Shown here in pieces: positions 50,857 to 61,509 of a stretch of DNA of 64,000 bases. The stretch is from contig CAVQQD010000003.1 of assembly GCA_963714975.1 (NCBI GenBank), positions 352,001 through 416,000 on the forward strand, given 5' to 3'. The position numbers and the translations under genes were made by a program. This stretch comes from an uncultured Gammaproteobacteria bacterium (GTDB lineage Bacteria > Pseudomonadota > Gammaproteobacteria > JAURND01). The notes beneath the pieces are model-generated. The model had not been told where the DNA came from and searched no databases. It worked only from the letters and a program-made list of their open reading frames with translations. How positions within the stretch are numbered: position 1 is the first letter of the stretch; each line of letters begins with the position of its first letter.

Positions 50857-51810
50857 ATGAAATTGTATAGTTCTTTTATCGGTATGGATATAGGGAAATT
50901 TAATTTTGTTGTTGCCTTACATGGAGAAAAGATCACGAAAGAGTATCCAAATAGCGCTGAGGGCATTAAGGATTTTTTAAAAGATTATGAAGAAATTTTA
51001 CCCACAGCATTTTGTGTGGTTGAAACGACAGGGGGTCATGAAAAAATTTTGTTACTGGCCCTGCGTTCTAATAGATATGCAGTCCATCGTGCAGATACTA
51101 GGAAAGTAAAAAACTTTATCCATTCCTATGGTAAAAAGGCAAAAACAGATGCATTAGACGCTAAAGGACTAGCCCATTATAGTTATGAAAGGTATCAGGA
51201 ATTAGATATTTATGAACCTCCTGATGAAACGGATATAGCACTTTTTACATTGGTAATGCGTAAAAATGATTTAACAGAGATGCTGGTTGCTGAAAAAAAT
51301 CGCCTTAAATCGCCTAATAATCATGAAATAGTAGAAATAAGTTGTAAAAAAATGATTACCATGCTCTCGGAAGAAATCAAATTGCTCAATGAGAAAATAA
51401 ATGAGCTGATTGAAGGTGTACCTTATTTAAGGGAAAAAAGGAAAGTTTTAAAGAGCATTCCAGGGATTGGTGATGTGCTGAGCTGTGAATTGATTACTTT
51501 ATTGCCTGAACTAGGAACACTGGATAGGAGAAAAATAGCTGCTTTAGCTGGGTTAGCTCCTCAAGCAAATGAGAGTGGCAAATACAAAGGATACAGGCGC
51601 TGTGGTTATGGTCGTCAAGGAGTGAAGCCAAAATTATTTCTCGCTGCCATGGCGGCAAGGAATTCAAATTCGCATCTAAAAGTCTTTTATGAAAAATTGG
51701 TTGGGTCAGGTAAAAAGAAAATGGTGGCTTTAACCGCTTTAATGAGAAAAATTTTAGTCATCGCCAATGCAAAGGTAAGAGATTTCAATAAAGAATATAA
51801 TTTGGCTTGA
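50857..51810 (+). CDS. IS110-family recombinase/transposase
   Basis: GMDIGK, VVETTG, KTDALD (DEDD); SIPGIG, AGLAP..ESG. Confidence 0.95.
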   Translation: MKLYSSFIGMDIGKFNFVVALHGEKITKEYPNSAEGIKDFLKDYEEILPTAFCVVETTGGHEKILLLALRSNRYAVHRADTRKVKNFIHSYGKKAKTDALDAKGLAHYSYERYQELDIYEPPDETDIALFTLVMRKNDLTEMLVAEKNRLKSPNNHEIVEISCKKMITMLSEEIKLLNEKINELIEGVPYLREKRKVLKSIPGIGDVLSCELITLLPELGTLDRRKIAALAGLAPQANESGKYKGYRRCGYGRQGVKPKLFLAAMAARNSNSHLKVFYEKLVGSGKKKMVALTALMRKILVIANAKVRDFNKEYNLA

Positions 51811-51857
51811 AAGAGCACCAAGGAGGGTGCGGTCAAGCCAAATCGACAAGCCCGCTC

Positions 51858-53270
51858 TATAGCGGGCGAAAAATCTAGACAATTTTTTAAAAAATTAAGA
51901 TATAAATTCTCGTCCAGTGTTTGTTAAAATAAAGCCACGATACAGCCGGGGACGGCAATGACCGTGACGTGATTCCGGGCAGCTTTTGCCACCCAAGCCA
52001 CTGCCCGGTTATTTAAATCACGTCTTAAATATCCCGGGGTGTGGGGCGGAGCCCCACCTTAATCCGCATCTTTAATGCACCAATTTTGAATGTACCCTGT
52101 TAGGTGTGAGCCCATTTAAACTTTGATGGGGTCTTTCAAAATTATAAAACTGAAAGTACTCGTCCAATCCTTCCCGCGCAGTCGTAACGTTTTCCCACTC
52201 CTGCAGGTACACACATTCATATTTTACCGATCGCCATAGGCGCTCAACAAAAATATTATCTGCCCATCGTCCCTTTCCATCCATGCTGATTTTGATTTGA
52301 TGCGCGGCGAGCACATCAGTAAAATCTTTGCTTGTAAATTGCGCTCCCTGATCAGTATTAAATATATCGCAGCGTGAATGCGCTAATACCCGCTTAAGTG
52401 TTTCTACACAAAAATCAGCCTCCATAGTGATGCTAAGCTGCCAATCCAATACAAAACGGCTATACCAGTCTATTATGGCCATCAAGTAAACGAAACCTCG
52501 TCGTAGCCTAATATACGTGATATCTGTACTGAAAACTTGGCAAGGCCTGACTATTGCAACGTCATTCAGTAAGTACGGATATACTTTATGTTCAGGATGC
52601 GGCTTACTGGTATGAGGGCCCGGCGCCAATGAGTGCAATCCTAAATGCTCATAAGCCCAACGTGTCTCATGGCGTTTACAAGGGTAATGGTGATAAGAAA
52701 TGTAGTCACTCATTTGCCTTGTACCGAAAGCTGGATGCTTTGTGTAAATTTCATCCACTAAGCGCAGTAATGCTAGCTGTTTATCACTTAATACCTTGGG
52801 ACGTGGCACGTAATATACATTGGAACGGGTTAAATCCAGTAGATCACATTGTCGACAGACTGACAACAATGGGTGTTCTCTCTCAACCCAACCTCGCCTT
52901 TCATCCACGGAACAACTCAAACTTTTTTTTTAAAAAATCATTCTCTACTTTTAAACGACCAATTTGTTCATATAATTCAGCCAGTTGAGTAGCATGTTCC
53001 GTAATTTCATTTTTATTTTTATCACTAAAAACATCGGGCAACAAGGCTAAGGCTTGTTTTTTCCATGCGTTTATTTGCGTTCCATGGGCACCATACTTCG
53101 AGCTAATTTGTGCCAATGTTAGCTCCCCTTTAATAGCTTCCAAAGCAATTTTTGCTTTTTCTGCTGGAGTATATGTTTTACGTTTTTGGCTCATTCTCGT
53201 CTCCTGATCCGAAGCGAGAATTATATCTTAGCTTGCCATTTTAACTGTCTGAATTTCTTCGCCCACTATA
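51858..53270 (-). mobile_element. IS3-family insertion sequence (1413 bp, 3-bp TSD CTC) nested in the IS110 right end
   Basis: Imperfect IRs TATAGyGGGCGAA; CTC at 51855-51857 and 53271-53273. Confidence 0.9.
52072..53194 (-). CDS. IS3 transposase OrfA (52901-53194) and OrfB (52072-52920), joined by a programmed -1 frameshift
   Basis: KAKIALEAIKG HTH; TDITYI, NTDQGAQFTS, ERLWRSVKYE DDE; A9G slippery run at about 52922-52931. Confidence 0.93.
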
Positions 53271-53801
53271 CTCAGCGGGCGCGTCAGTAGGGAGAAACCC
53301 TAGTTTAGGCTGGGGTTTATAGACTTGTATGCTTAAAAATTTTATTTTTTTAAAATTTTTAAGACATAGTTGATTCCCGGTGAATTAAAATCGCCTTAAT
53401 TTTCGTACAGTTAGCGAGACTGTGAAATAAATTTTTCGTACAATGTGGGCATTATTTCTTGAATGGTATTCCATCCCCTCGGTTTTATAAGGAAATGGCA
53501 CAGCCATTTGACCGACGGGTGACGCGCAGGCGGGGACCCCAACGCGCGCAGGAACGAGCACGGTGGGGTGCCGCAGCGGCAGGACCCGTCGTGGATCAGG
53601 GCATCAGCGGGAATTGCTGGAGTAATCATCCTTTTTCTGGATTATTGTCTTCTTTACGTATATAATGCTGGTTTTTAATTATTTCAACATGAGGTTTTGC
53701 ATATCATGAACATGACTACTTAAAGTTGCCCGTCAAGGGCCAAAGAGCGCGCTATTTACGCTCTGTTTTGAGAATCGCCCTTCACTTTAAGAGAGTCACT
53801 T

Positions 53802-55241
53802 ATGCATAAGCCCATTCAAATTGAACAGCTAAGTTTATCCTTCCCTAACAAGACCTGCTTTGAAGCATTTAACGCTGAAATTCATCATGGCAGCCGCATT
53901 GCCATTATTGGTCGCAATGGCTGTGGAAAAACGAGTTTACTGAATATATTGCGTGGCTTAGCAGAACCGACTATGGGTCGTATTATCATGCCTGCCGACG
54001 CAATAATTGGTTTTGTGCCACAGGTAATTAACGACTTTGTTGATCACAGTGGTGGTGAGCGGCTCAATTGTGCTTTGACCCAAGCCTTAAGTCTTCAGCC
54101 CAATATTTTATTGCTGGATGAACCCACTAATCACCTCGATGAGCGGAATCGCCGCCATGTGTTGCGTTGGCTGGAGCATTTTTCCGGCACATTGCTGGTC
54201 GTTTCACATGATGTGGTTCTGCTGCGTCAGTTGGTGAATACGTTTTGGCATATCGATCAAAGCCGTATTCAGATTTTTACTGGTGGTTTTGATGATTATC
54301 AACAAGCCCGAAACATTCAGCGGGTGCAATTGGAAATATCGTTACAGAATCTAAAACGCGAACGAAATGACCTGCATCAATCACTCATGCAAGAACAACA
54401 GCGTGCAGCCAAAAGCAAGACCAAGGGTGCAAAAAATATTGATCAAAGAAAATGGCCAACGGTAGTGAGTCATGCGAAGGCCAGTCGATCTCAAGAAACT
54501 AGTGGGCGGAAAAAAGCTGCGCTTGCTAGTAAAAACCAAGCGGTATTGGCAGAATTGGCTGAGTTGCATATCCCTGAAGTCATTGTTCCTAAATTTCATT
54601 TGTCTTACCAAAAAAATAATCATACGGTATTATCCATTAGTCAGGGGTCAGTAGGCTATGCTGAAAATAAATGGATATTGCAAAATATTCATTTATCGAT
54701 AATGGCTGGAAACCGTGTTGCACTGCTTGGTGATAACGGTTCAGGGAAATCCAGCTTATTTAAGGCTATTTTAGCAGCTGAAGATGTGATTCGTTCTGGG
54801 GAATGGTTCTTGCCTAGGCAACATGCCATGGGCTATTTAGATCAGCATTATCAAACGCTTTGTCCTACAGACACGGTATTAACATCCATCAGTCGCTTGA
54901 TGCCAAACTGTTCTCACGTGGAAATTCGTTATCATTTAAGTGATTTTTTATTTCGCAGTCAAGAGACAGTTAATACGCCGATTGCACAACTGTCCGGCGG
55001 TGAAAAAGCGCGTTTATCGTTGGCGCATATTGCCGCACAAACACCGGAGCTGTTATTGCTGGATGAAGTGACTAATAATTTGGATCTAGAAACTCGTCAA
55101 CATGTAATTGAAGTATTGAAAGATTATCCAGGCAGTTTGTTGGTGATTTCACATGATCAAGAGTTTTTGCGTGCGATTGCAATCCAAGATTATTATGAGA
55201 TCACTGAGGGTAGTCTGCATTTGCAATTACCATTGAGCTAA
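53802..55241 (+). CDS. ABC-F family ATPase (possible ribosomal-protection type)
   Basis: Two ABC domains (GRNGCGKT, GDNGSGKS; SGGE; LLDE), long helical linker, no TM segments. Confidence 0.88.
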   Translation: MHKPIQIEQLSLSFPNKTCFEAFNAEIHHGSRIAIIGRNGCGKTSLLNILRGLAEPTMGRIIMPADAIIGFVPQVINDFVDHSGGERLNCALTQALSLQPNILLLDEPTNHLDERNRRHVLRWLEHFSGTLLVVSHDVVLLRQLVNTFWHIDQSRIQIFTGGFDDYQQARNIQRVQLEISLQNLKRERNDLHQSLMQEQQRAAKSKTKGAKNIDQRKWPTVVSHAKASRSQETSGRKKAALASKNQAVLAELAELHIPEVIVPKFHLSYQKNNHTVLSISQGSVGYAENKWILQNIHLSIMAGNRVALLGDNGSGKSSLFKAILAAEDVIRSGEWFLPRQHAMGYLDQHYQTLCPTDTVLTSISRLMPNCSHVEIRYHLSDFLFRSQETVNTPIAQLSGGEKARLSLAHIAAQTPELLLLDEVTNNLDLETRQHVIEVLKDYPGSLLVISHDQEFLRAIAIQDYYEITEGSLHLQLPLS

Positions 55242-55431
55242 CCAGACTCTTAAGTTTTTAAAAAATCTACCCTGACCTAATAGCTGTTTGGCCGACTGAA
55301 CCTTGATCCGTCAATATTAAATATGGTATATCTGCGTTGGTCTTAGGGATCGCTATTGGGCGCATCAATGGAAATTTTCTGCTGCCTTATATAATATTAT
55401 CACGTAGCTCATGTTCTGTAAGAGACTAAAA

Positions 55432-56169
55432 ATGACTTCATTAAAAAATAAAGTAGCCATTGTTACGGGCTCTACTGGCGGCATAGGCGAAGCTATTGCG
55501 CGCTTACTCAGCCATGAAAGCACTCGCGTTGTAATCAATTCAGTCTCTTCGCGAGCTAAAGGGGAGGCATTAGCCACTGAATTGCATGGTTTGTATTGCC
55601 AAGCGGATATCACCATTGAAGAGGATTGTCAGCGCTTAATTGAAACCACCATTCAACACTATGGACGATTGGATTTTTTAATTAATAATGCAGGTAGCGT
55701 AGGTCGGCTACCAAGTAATAATCTTGCAGATTTGAGTAATGAATTATTTTCTCGCATGTTAAATATCAATGTAGTAGGTACCTGGTGTTTAACACGTTAT
55801 GCCATTCCTCAGTTAAAACAGTCTCAAGATGGTGTGATTATCAATATTACCTCCGTTGCAGGCACAGATGCGGCTGCAGCCACTAGCTCCATTCCCTATG
55901 CTGTTTCCAAAGCAGCCTTGAATCATTTGACTAAATTATTGGCCAAAGAGCTAGGCCCAGAAGTTCGAGCGAATGCCATTGCTCCTGGACTGATTAAAAC
56001 ACCCCGCACTCAAAATTATACAGAAGCAATCACTAAATTTACTGAAGGTTCTCCGTTAAAACGCACCGGGGAACCTAATGATGTTGCTGGAATTGCCCTG
56101 GCTTTGATCAAATCCAACTATATCAATGGTGAAGTGGTGGTAGTTGATGGTGGATTTTCGACTATGTAA
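55432..56169 (+). CDS. Short-chain dehydrogenase/reductase
   Basis: TGSTGGIG, INNAG, YAVSK. Confidence 0.92.
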   Translation: MTSLKNKVAIVTGSTGGIGEAIARLLSHESTRVVINSVSSRAKGEALATELHGLYCQADITIEEDCQRLIETTIQHYGRLDFLINNAGSVGRLPSNNLADLSNELFSRMLNINVVGTWCLTRYAIPQLKQSQDGVIINITSVAGTDAAAATSSIPYAVSKAALNHLTKLLAKELGPEVRANAIAPGLIKTPRTQNYTEAITKFTEGSPLKRTGEPNDVAGIALALIKSNYINGEVVVVDGGFSTM

Positions 56170-56322
56170 ATTTTTTTAAAGAATAAGTGGCAAGAGCCAT
56201 CAAGTGATAGCAAAATCAACAGCGCATTCAGTTTGCAGCACTATGGGGTTAAAATTAGAATTGCTGTGGGAGAAGGGATTTCCTTTGTTTGCTGGGAATT
56301 GCTGCTATATAATAGCTCGCCT

Positions 56323-58626
56323 ATGAAAACTACTAAGATTAAAAATAAATCCAAATCATTTGCTAAGCCTTTTCCCTTGCGCTTGCGTGAACCTTTACTC
56401 ATATTGGTTGTGGCGATTGGCTTATTCTTAGTACTCTCTTTACTCACTTATACCCCTGCTGATCCTGCCGGGTTTGCTGTGCTGAAAAATCAAGCCGTGA
56501 TGAATGGTGGTGGTAAGTTAGGGGCTTTTTTGTCCAGCAGCTTGATTCATTTGTTTGGCTATTTTTCCTTTGTGTTCCCCTTCATGCTGTTTTATGGTGT
56601 TTGGCTTTATTTCCGCTATCGTGGCGCCATGGATCAAGAACAGTTTGCTTATTTTCGGATGTTGCGGGTGGCTGGGTTTTTTTTCATTTTGATCCCGGGC
56701 TGCGCTCTAGCGAGTTTACACGTTGCCATTGATTGGGCTCCAGGAGTCACGGGTGGCGGTTTTATTGGACGTCGGATGGCGCTTGGGATGGTGCATTTCG
56801 TCAATGTTTCAGGTACTGATCTTTTATTAACTGCGTTTTTCTTAGGCGGAATTACTCTTTTTACGGGTTTATCGTGGTTAACGGTTGCTGATGTGCTAGG
56901 CGATGCATTATGGCGCGCCAATCGTTCCATTCGGGCGATTTTATCGCGGATTGACCAATGGGCTATGAACTCCAGTGTGAAAGAAGAACGCTTGGGAGAA
57001 ATAGAGCCGATTATCCTGCCAAAACGCCAACCCAAAATTATGCGGGTGGAACCTAAGCTTGAATCTGTGGCGCCGCCTGAACCTATGATGCTAAGCAAAA
57101 AGGTTGATGTAGAGCCAGCATTATTTGAACCGCCATTGGCGGGAACTTTACCTCCGCTTTCGTTATTGGATCCTCCAAATCATTCTCATGTGAAGGGTTA
57201 CACTAATCAACAGCTCGAAGAAATCTCACGAGAAGTTGAGCTCCGGTTACAAGATTTTGGCATTCAAGTTAAAGTGGTTGCGGTGCATCCAGGTCCTGTT
57301 GTCACGCGATTCGAATTACAATTAGCCGCAGGCACTAAGGTCAGTCGGATTACTGCCTTAGCCAAGGACTTAGCACGCTCTTTATCAGTCATTAGTGTGC
57401 GAGTAGTCGAGATTATCCCAGGCAAGCCGGTGATTGGCTTGGAACTACCGAATATCGATCGTGAAATTGTGCGGTTAAGTGAGATTTTAGCCGCTGATCT
57501 ATATCAATCGGCTTTTTCTCCGCTCACGTTGGCCATGGGCAAAGATATTTCAGGTTGCCCAGTAGCAGTAGATTTGGCCAAAATGCCGCATTTATTGGTG
57601 GCAGGAACGACCGGTTCGGGTAAGTCAGTGGGATTAAATGCTATGCTGCTTAGTTTATTGTATAAGGCAACCCCTGCTCAGCTGCGTTTAATTTTAATTG
57701 ATCCAAAAATGCTAGAGTTATCGGTTTATGAGGGGATTCCGCATCTATTAACTCCTGTGGTAACCGATATGAAAGATGCGGCAAATGCCTTGCGTTGGGG
57801 CGTGGCGGAGATGGATCGGCGTTATCGATTGATGGCATTTTTAGGGGTGCGTAACATTGCTGGTTATAATGCTAAAGTAAAGGAAGCTGAGAATAAAGGC
57901 ACGCCGTTGTTTGATCCTTTTTTGCCTGGTGATTTGAGCCAAGATAATCCGCCTCCTTTGACTAATTTGCCTTATATTGTGGTGTTGGTGGATGAATTTG
58001 CTGACATGATGATGTTAGTGGGCAAGAAAGTAGAGGAACTGATTGCCCGAATTGCGCAAAAAGCTCGGGCGGCTGGCATTCATTTAATTCTTGCTACCCA
58101 ACGACCTTCCGTGGATGTGATTACTGGTTTAATTAAAGCGAATATTCCTACGCGCGTGGCTTTCCAGGTTTCCTCAAAAATTGATTCGCGCACTATCTTA
58201 GATCAACAAGGGGCAGAACAATTATTAGGTCACGGTGATATGCTTTACCTGCCGCCTGGCACAGGCGTGCCGATTCGGGTTCATGGTGCTTTTGTTGCGG
58301 ATGAAGAAGTACATCGAGTTGTGTATGATATTAAACGCCGTGGGCAACCGCAATATTTAGAGGAAATTTTGCAAGGTGAAGCTACAGACCCTGGATCTGA
58401 ATCTGCAATTGAGGGAGAAGTCACAGGTGAACAGGATCCTTTATACGACCAAGCCGTGCAAATTGTGGTGGAATCACGTCGGGCCTCGATTTCGCATATC
58501 CAAAGGCGCCTGAAGATTGGTTATAACCGCGCGGCTAATATCGTGGAAGCAATGGAAGCAGCAGGAGTTGTTACCGGTATGGATAGTAGTGGGGTACGCG
58601 AAGTATTAGTGGCGGAAGCGCAGTAG
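56323..58626 (+). CDS. ftsK: DNA translocase FtsK
   Basis: 4TM N-terminus, [26 protein letters not shown], gamma domain [12 protein letters not shown]. Confidence 0.97.
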   Translation: MKTTKIKNKSKSFAKPFPLRLREPLLILVVAIGLFLVLSLLTYTPADPAGFAVLKNQAVMNGGGKLGAFLSSSLIHLFGYFSFVFPFMLFYGVWLYFRYRGAMDQEQFAYFRMLRVAGFFFILIPGCALASLHVAIDWAPGVTGGGFIGRRMALGMVHFVNVSGTDLLLTAFFLGGITLFTGLSWLTVADVLGDALWRANRSIRAILSRIDQWAMNSSVKEERLGEIEPIILPKRQPKIMRVEPKLESVAPPEPMMLSKKVDVEPALFEPPLAGTLPPLSLLDPPNHSHVKGYTNQQLEEISREVELRLQDFGIQVKVVAVHPGPVVTRFELQLAAGTKVSRITALAKDLARSLSVISVRVVEIIPGKPVIGLELPNIDREIVRLSEILAADLYQSAFSPLTLAMGKDISGCPVAVDLAKMPHLLVAGTTGSGKSVGLNAMLLSLLYKATPAQLRLILIDPKMLELSVYEGIPHLLTPVVTDMKDAANALRWGVAEMDRRYRLMAFLGVRNIAGYNAKVKEAENKGTPLFDPFLPGDLSQDNPPPLTNLPYIVVLVDEFADMMMLVGKKVEELIARIAQKARAAGIHLILATQRPSVDVITGLIKANIPTRVAFQVSSKIDSRTILDQQGAEQLLGHGDMLYLPPGTGVPIRVHGAFVADEEVHRVVYDIKRRGQPQYLEEILQGEATDPGSESAIEGEVTGEQDPLYDQAVQIVVESRRASISHIQRRLKIGYNRAANIVEAMEAAGVVTGMDSSGVREVLVAEAQ

Positions 58627-58660
58627 TAACAGTAATCATTCACCATCCTTTGTGTGTAAA

Positions 58661-58825
58661 AATCCTTCTCCCCTTGTGGGAGAAGGTGCCCGAAAGGGCG
58701 GATGAGGGGTAACCTTGAAAACAGCAAGAAGCATTTTATTAGCTGAATGCTAACTGTTGCTTACCCCTCACCCGCGCGCCTTACGGCGCGGCGGCCTCTC
58801 CCACAAGGGGAGAGGCAAAATCGTG
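58661..58825. repeat. Family A doublet, inverted copy of 29453-29618
   Basis: Located between convergent ftsK and rne; see the 29453-29618 feature. Confidence 0.9.
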
Positions 58826-58830
58826 TTATT

Positions 58831-61158
58831 TTAACTTTCCTTTTTTTCTTTTTCTTCAACTGCTTCTTTATCTTTAGGTACTTGTGGACGCACAATGACC
58901 GGTGGGGTGGCTTGGGTTTTTTCAGTATGGGTTGCTGGTGGTGGTTCAGGTGGTGTTATTGGAGCTGCTGTTACAGCGGTGCTTGCCTCTTTAGGTCTTT
59001 CCACTTTGGCAGAGGGTTCTGGTTTAGTTTTGGTTCCTTTAAAGCCAATACTATCTTGATAGTAATCCTCAAGATTCGTTGGAAAAGGCGGTAGATGATT
59101 TGGAAGTGTTGTTTCTTCAGCCTGAGGCGGCGCAGGGGGAGTTGCTGTAGCTGCTGGTGCTGCGGTTTTTTGTGGCTTAGCAGCCTGTGGCGGTTGAGCT
59201 GACCCTGCTGCCCCGCCTTGACTGCTGCCACTAGCGCCGCCCCCACCAGCAGCACCTCCTCCACCACCACGGCGACGGCCACCACGGCTGCCACGTCGTG
59301 TTCTGGGTTTGCTCTCGCCCGCAGGTCCTGGTCCTTCAGCTTTTTCTTTTGGTTTTTGCTCTGGAGGGTGAGTAAGCTTTTTCTCGGGCTTGGTGGTGGT
59401 CGGCGCCGGTTTTACAGGAACCGTTTCAACAGGAGTTTGTTCAGCTAATTTTCGTTCTTCTTCCTCAGTTCCAAACAAACTAGACAAAAATCGTTTTAAC
59501 AAACCAGTCGGTGCTTTTTTGCCGGGAATTAGGCCTTCGGTGGCAAAAATACTTTTTACTGCGGGTTTTTCTTCAGGCTTACTCGGTGCAGGTTTTTTAT
59601 ATAATTGTTCTGCCTCTTTACTGGCGAGTAATGCGTGGCTGGCTATTTTCCCGCTGGCGCCACCAGCTTCTTCTTTGGACAGGCGTTTAATTCGGTAATG
59701 GGGAGATTCCAACTCGGGATTAGGGATGATCACAATATTGACGTTTAAGTTTTTCTCAATACGCAGCAGTGCCTCGCGTTTTTCGTTAATCATGAAAGTC
59801 CCGATATCAATCGGTAATTGCACCTGAATTTGGCCGGTGTTGGGTTTAACCGCATCTTCTTCAATCATACGAATGATCGAGAGAACTAATGATTCTACAC
59901 TGCGAATGGTTCCCCAACCGGCACAACGTGGGCAGACGACTTGGGTTGCCTCGCCTAAAGAATGGCGCAGACGTTGGCGTGACATTTGCAGCAGGCCAAA
60001 ACTCGAAGAAACACTGCCAATTTGAGTGCGTGCCTTATCCAACTTCAAGGCATTTCGTAAGTGATTCTCGACTTCACGACGGTGACGTACTGAAGCCATA
60101 TCGATAAAGTCAATCACGATTAAGCCGCCAATATCGCGTAAGCGCAGTTGACGGGCAATTTCTTCGGCTGCTTCTAAATTCGTGTTGAGAGCAGTTTCCT
60201 CGATATCGCTACCCTTGGTGGCTTTACGAGAATTGACATCAACCGCTACCAAAGCTTCCGTATGATCAATGACGATTGACCCGCCCGAAGGTAAGCTGAG
60301 CTCGCGTTGATAGGCAGATTCTATTTGATGTTCAATTTGATAACGATTAAATAACGGGATAGTAGCCGTATAAAGCTTTAAACGATAAGCAAAATCAGGG
60401 CGGATTTGCTCTAGGTGCTCTTTGATCTTGGCATATAAAGCAGCATCGTCTACGATGATTTCCATCACATCTTGGCGCAGGTAGTCACGGATCGTGCGAA
60501 TGACGACATCGCTTTCCTGATGAATTAAGAACGGCGGATTTCTTTCTGTAGAAGCTTTCTTGATGGCTTCCCATTGTTTGAGTAGGGCATTTAAATCCCA
60601 TTGCAGTTCGCTTGAATTTTTCCCCACCCCAGCAGTGCGAACAATGAGACCCATCCCTTCAGGCAATGGCAATTGGTTTAATATATCGCGCAGCTCATCA
60701 CGATCTTCGCCTTCTACTCGGCGCGAGATGCCACCGGCGCGGGGATTATTGGGCATTAGCACCAAGTAGGAGCCTGCCAGGCTGATAAAACTAGTTAGGG
60801 CGGCGCCTTTATTCCCTCGCTCCTCTTTTTCTACTTGCACTATGATCGGCGTTCCTTCCTTAAGAACGTCTTTAATGTTAGGCCGATCTGCTGGTTTCGT
60901 TTCAGAGGGGAGGTAATATTCTTGGGCAATTTCCTTTAAGGGCAGGAAACCGTGGCGTTCACTGCCAAAATTGACGAACGCTGCATTAAGGCTGGGCTCA
61001 ACACTGGATATTTTACCCAGGTAGATATTCCCAGTTTTGGTTTTGTAGCTTTGACGTTCGGTAATTAAATCAAGGAGTTTTAAGTTCTTAACTTCAACAA
61101 TCACTACCCGCAACTCTTCACTCTGAGTTGCGTTAATCAACATTATTTTCATAATCAT
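58831..61158 (-). CDS. rne: Ribonuclease E
   Basis: MLINATQSEELRV, S1 domain, DVNS, CPRCAG zinc link, disordered C-terminus with RRGSRGGRRR. Confidence 0.96.
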   Translation of the reverse strand: MIMKIMLINATQSEELRVVIVEVKNLKLLDLITERQSYKTKTGNIYLGKISSVEPSLNAAFVNFGSERHGFLPLKEIAQEYYLPSETKPADRPNIKDVLKEGTPIIVQVEKEERGNKGAALTSFISLAGSYLVLMPNNPRAGGISRRVEGEDRDELRDILNQLPLPEGMGLIVRTAGVGKNSSELQWDLNALLKQWEAIKKASTERNPPFLIHQESDVVIRTIRDYLRQDVMEIIVDDAALYAKIKEHLEQIRPDFAYRLKLYTATIPLFNRYQIEHQIESAYQRELSLPSGGSIVIDHTEALVAVDVNSRKATKGSDIEETALNTNLEAAEEIARQLRLRDIGGLIVIDFIDMASVRHRREVENHLRNALKLDKARTQIGSVSSSFGLLQMSRQRLRHSLGEATQVVCPRCAGWGTIRSVESLVLSIIRMIEEDAVKPNTGQIQVQLPIDIGTFMINEKREALLRIEKNLNVNIVIIPNPELESPHYRIKRLSKEEAGGASGKIASHALLASKEAEQLYKKPAPSKPEEKPAVKSIFATEGLIPGKKAPTGLLKRFLSSLFGTEEEERKLAEQTPVETVPVKPAPTTTKPEKKLTHPPEQKPKEKAEGPGPAGESKPRTRRGSRGGRRRGGGGGAAGGGGASGSSQGGAAGSAQPPQAAKPQKTAAPAATATPPAPPQAEETTLPNHLPPFPTNLEDYYQDSIGFKGTKTKPEPSAKVERPKEASTAVTAAPITPPEPPPATHTEKTQATPPVIVRPQVPKDKEAVEEKEKKES

Positions 61159-61282
61159 CCATCTTGTCAGTAAGCGCGTTCAAACCACCTATTGTAGGGG
61201 TGGGATCGCTATTAATTCTGAATTGGTTTCAGCTCGTTTTTTTTGCGCACTATAACAAAGTTTAGCGCCTAGAGCAAATCCA

Positions 61283-61376
61283 ATTCTCTCTCCCCGTCGA
61301 GCGGGAATTCCCCTCCCCCTTTGAAGAATCCCCCCCCCCTTTGAAAAAGGGGGGTAGGGGGGATTTAGGAGAGGGC
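61283..61376. repeat. Family A-related palindromes (CCCCCCTTTGAAAAAGGGGGG type)
   Basis: aatccccccccctttgaaaaaggggggtaggggggattt. Confidence 0.7.
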
Positions 61377-61509
61377 GCAAGTGCCGTAGCTGCGCTCTAC
61401 AGGCCTGATTGTCAATATTAGAAAATTGTGTTATTTTCACAGGCACTTATCAACAATCATGAATTTTTTGTAGTGAGACATCAAGCAAACCCTCTGCGAG
61501 GACTAACAT

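Larger units (their letters stand above)
50653..53374 (+). mobile_element. IS110-family element (about 1306 bp without the nested IS3), AT core at both ends
   Basis: Long non-coding left end, DEDD transposase, right end ...CATAGTTG-AT; ends defined by guide matches. Confidence 0.88.
50648..53619. mobile_element. 252-bp MITE (TIR CAGCAATTCCCGsTGA, 10-bp TSD GAGTAATCAT) split by an IS110 insertion in its left TIR
   Basis: TSD at 50638-50647 and 53620-53629; the reconstructed left TIR matches the reverse complement of 53604-53619 at 15/16 positions. Confidence 0.85.

Noticed and set aside
53411-53665. Short ORFs 53411-53629(-) and 53459-53665(+)
   Set aside because: They lie in the MITE body and cross its TIR/TSD; no recognisable protein features
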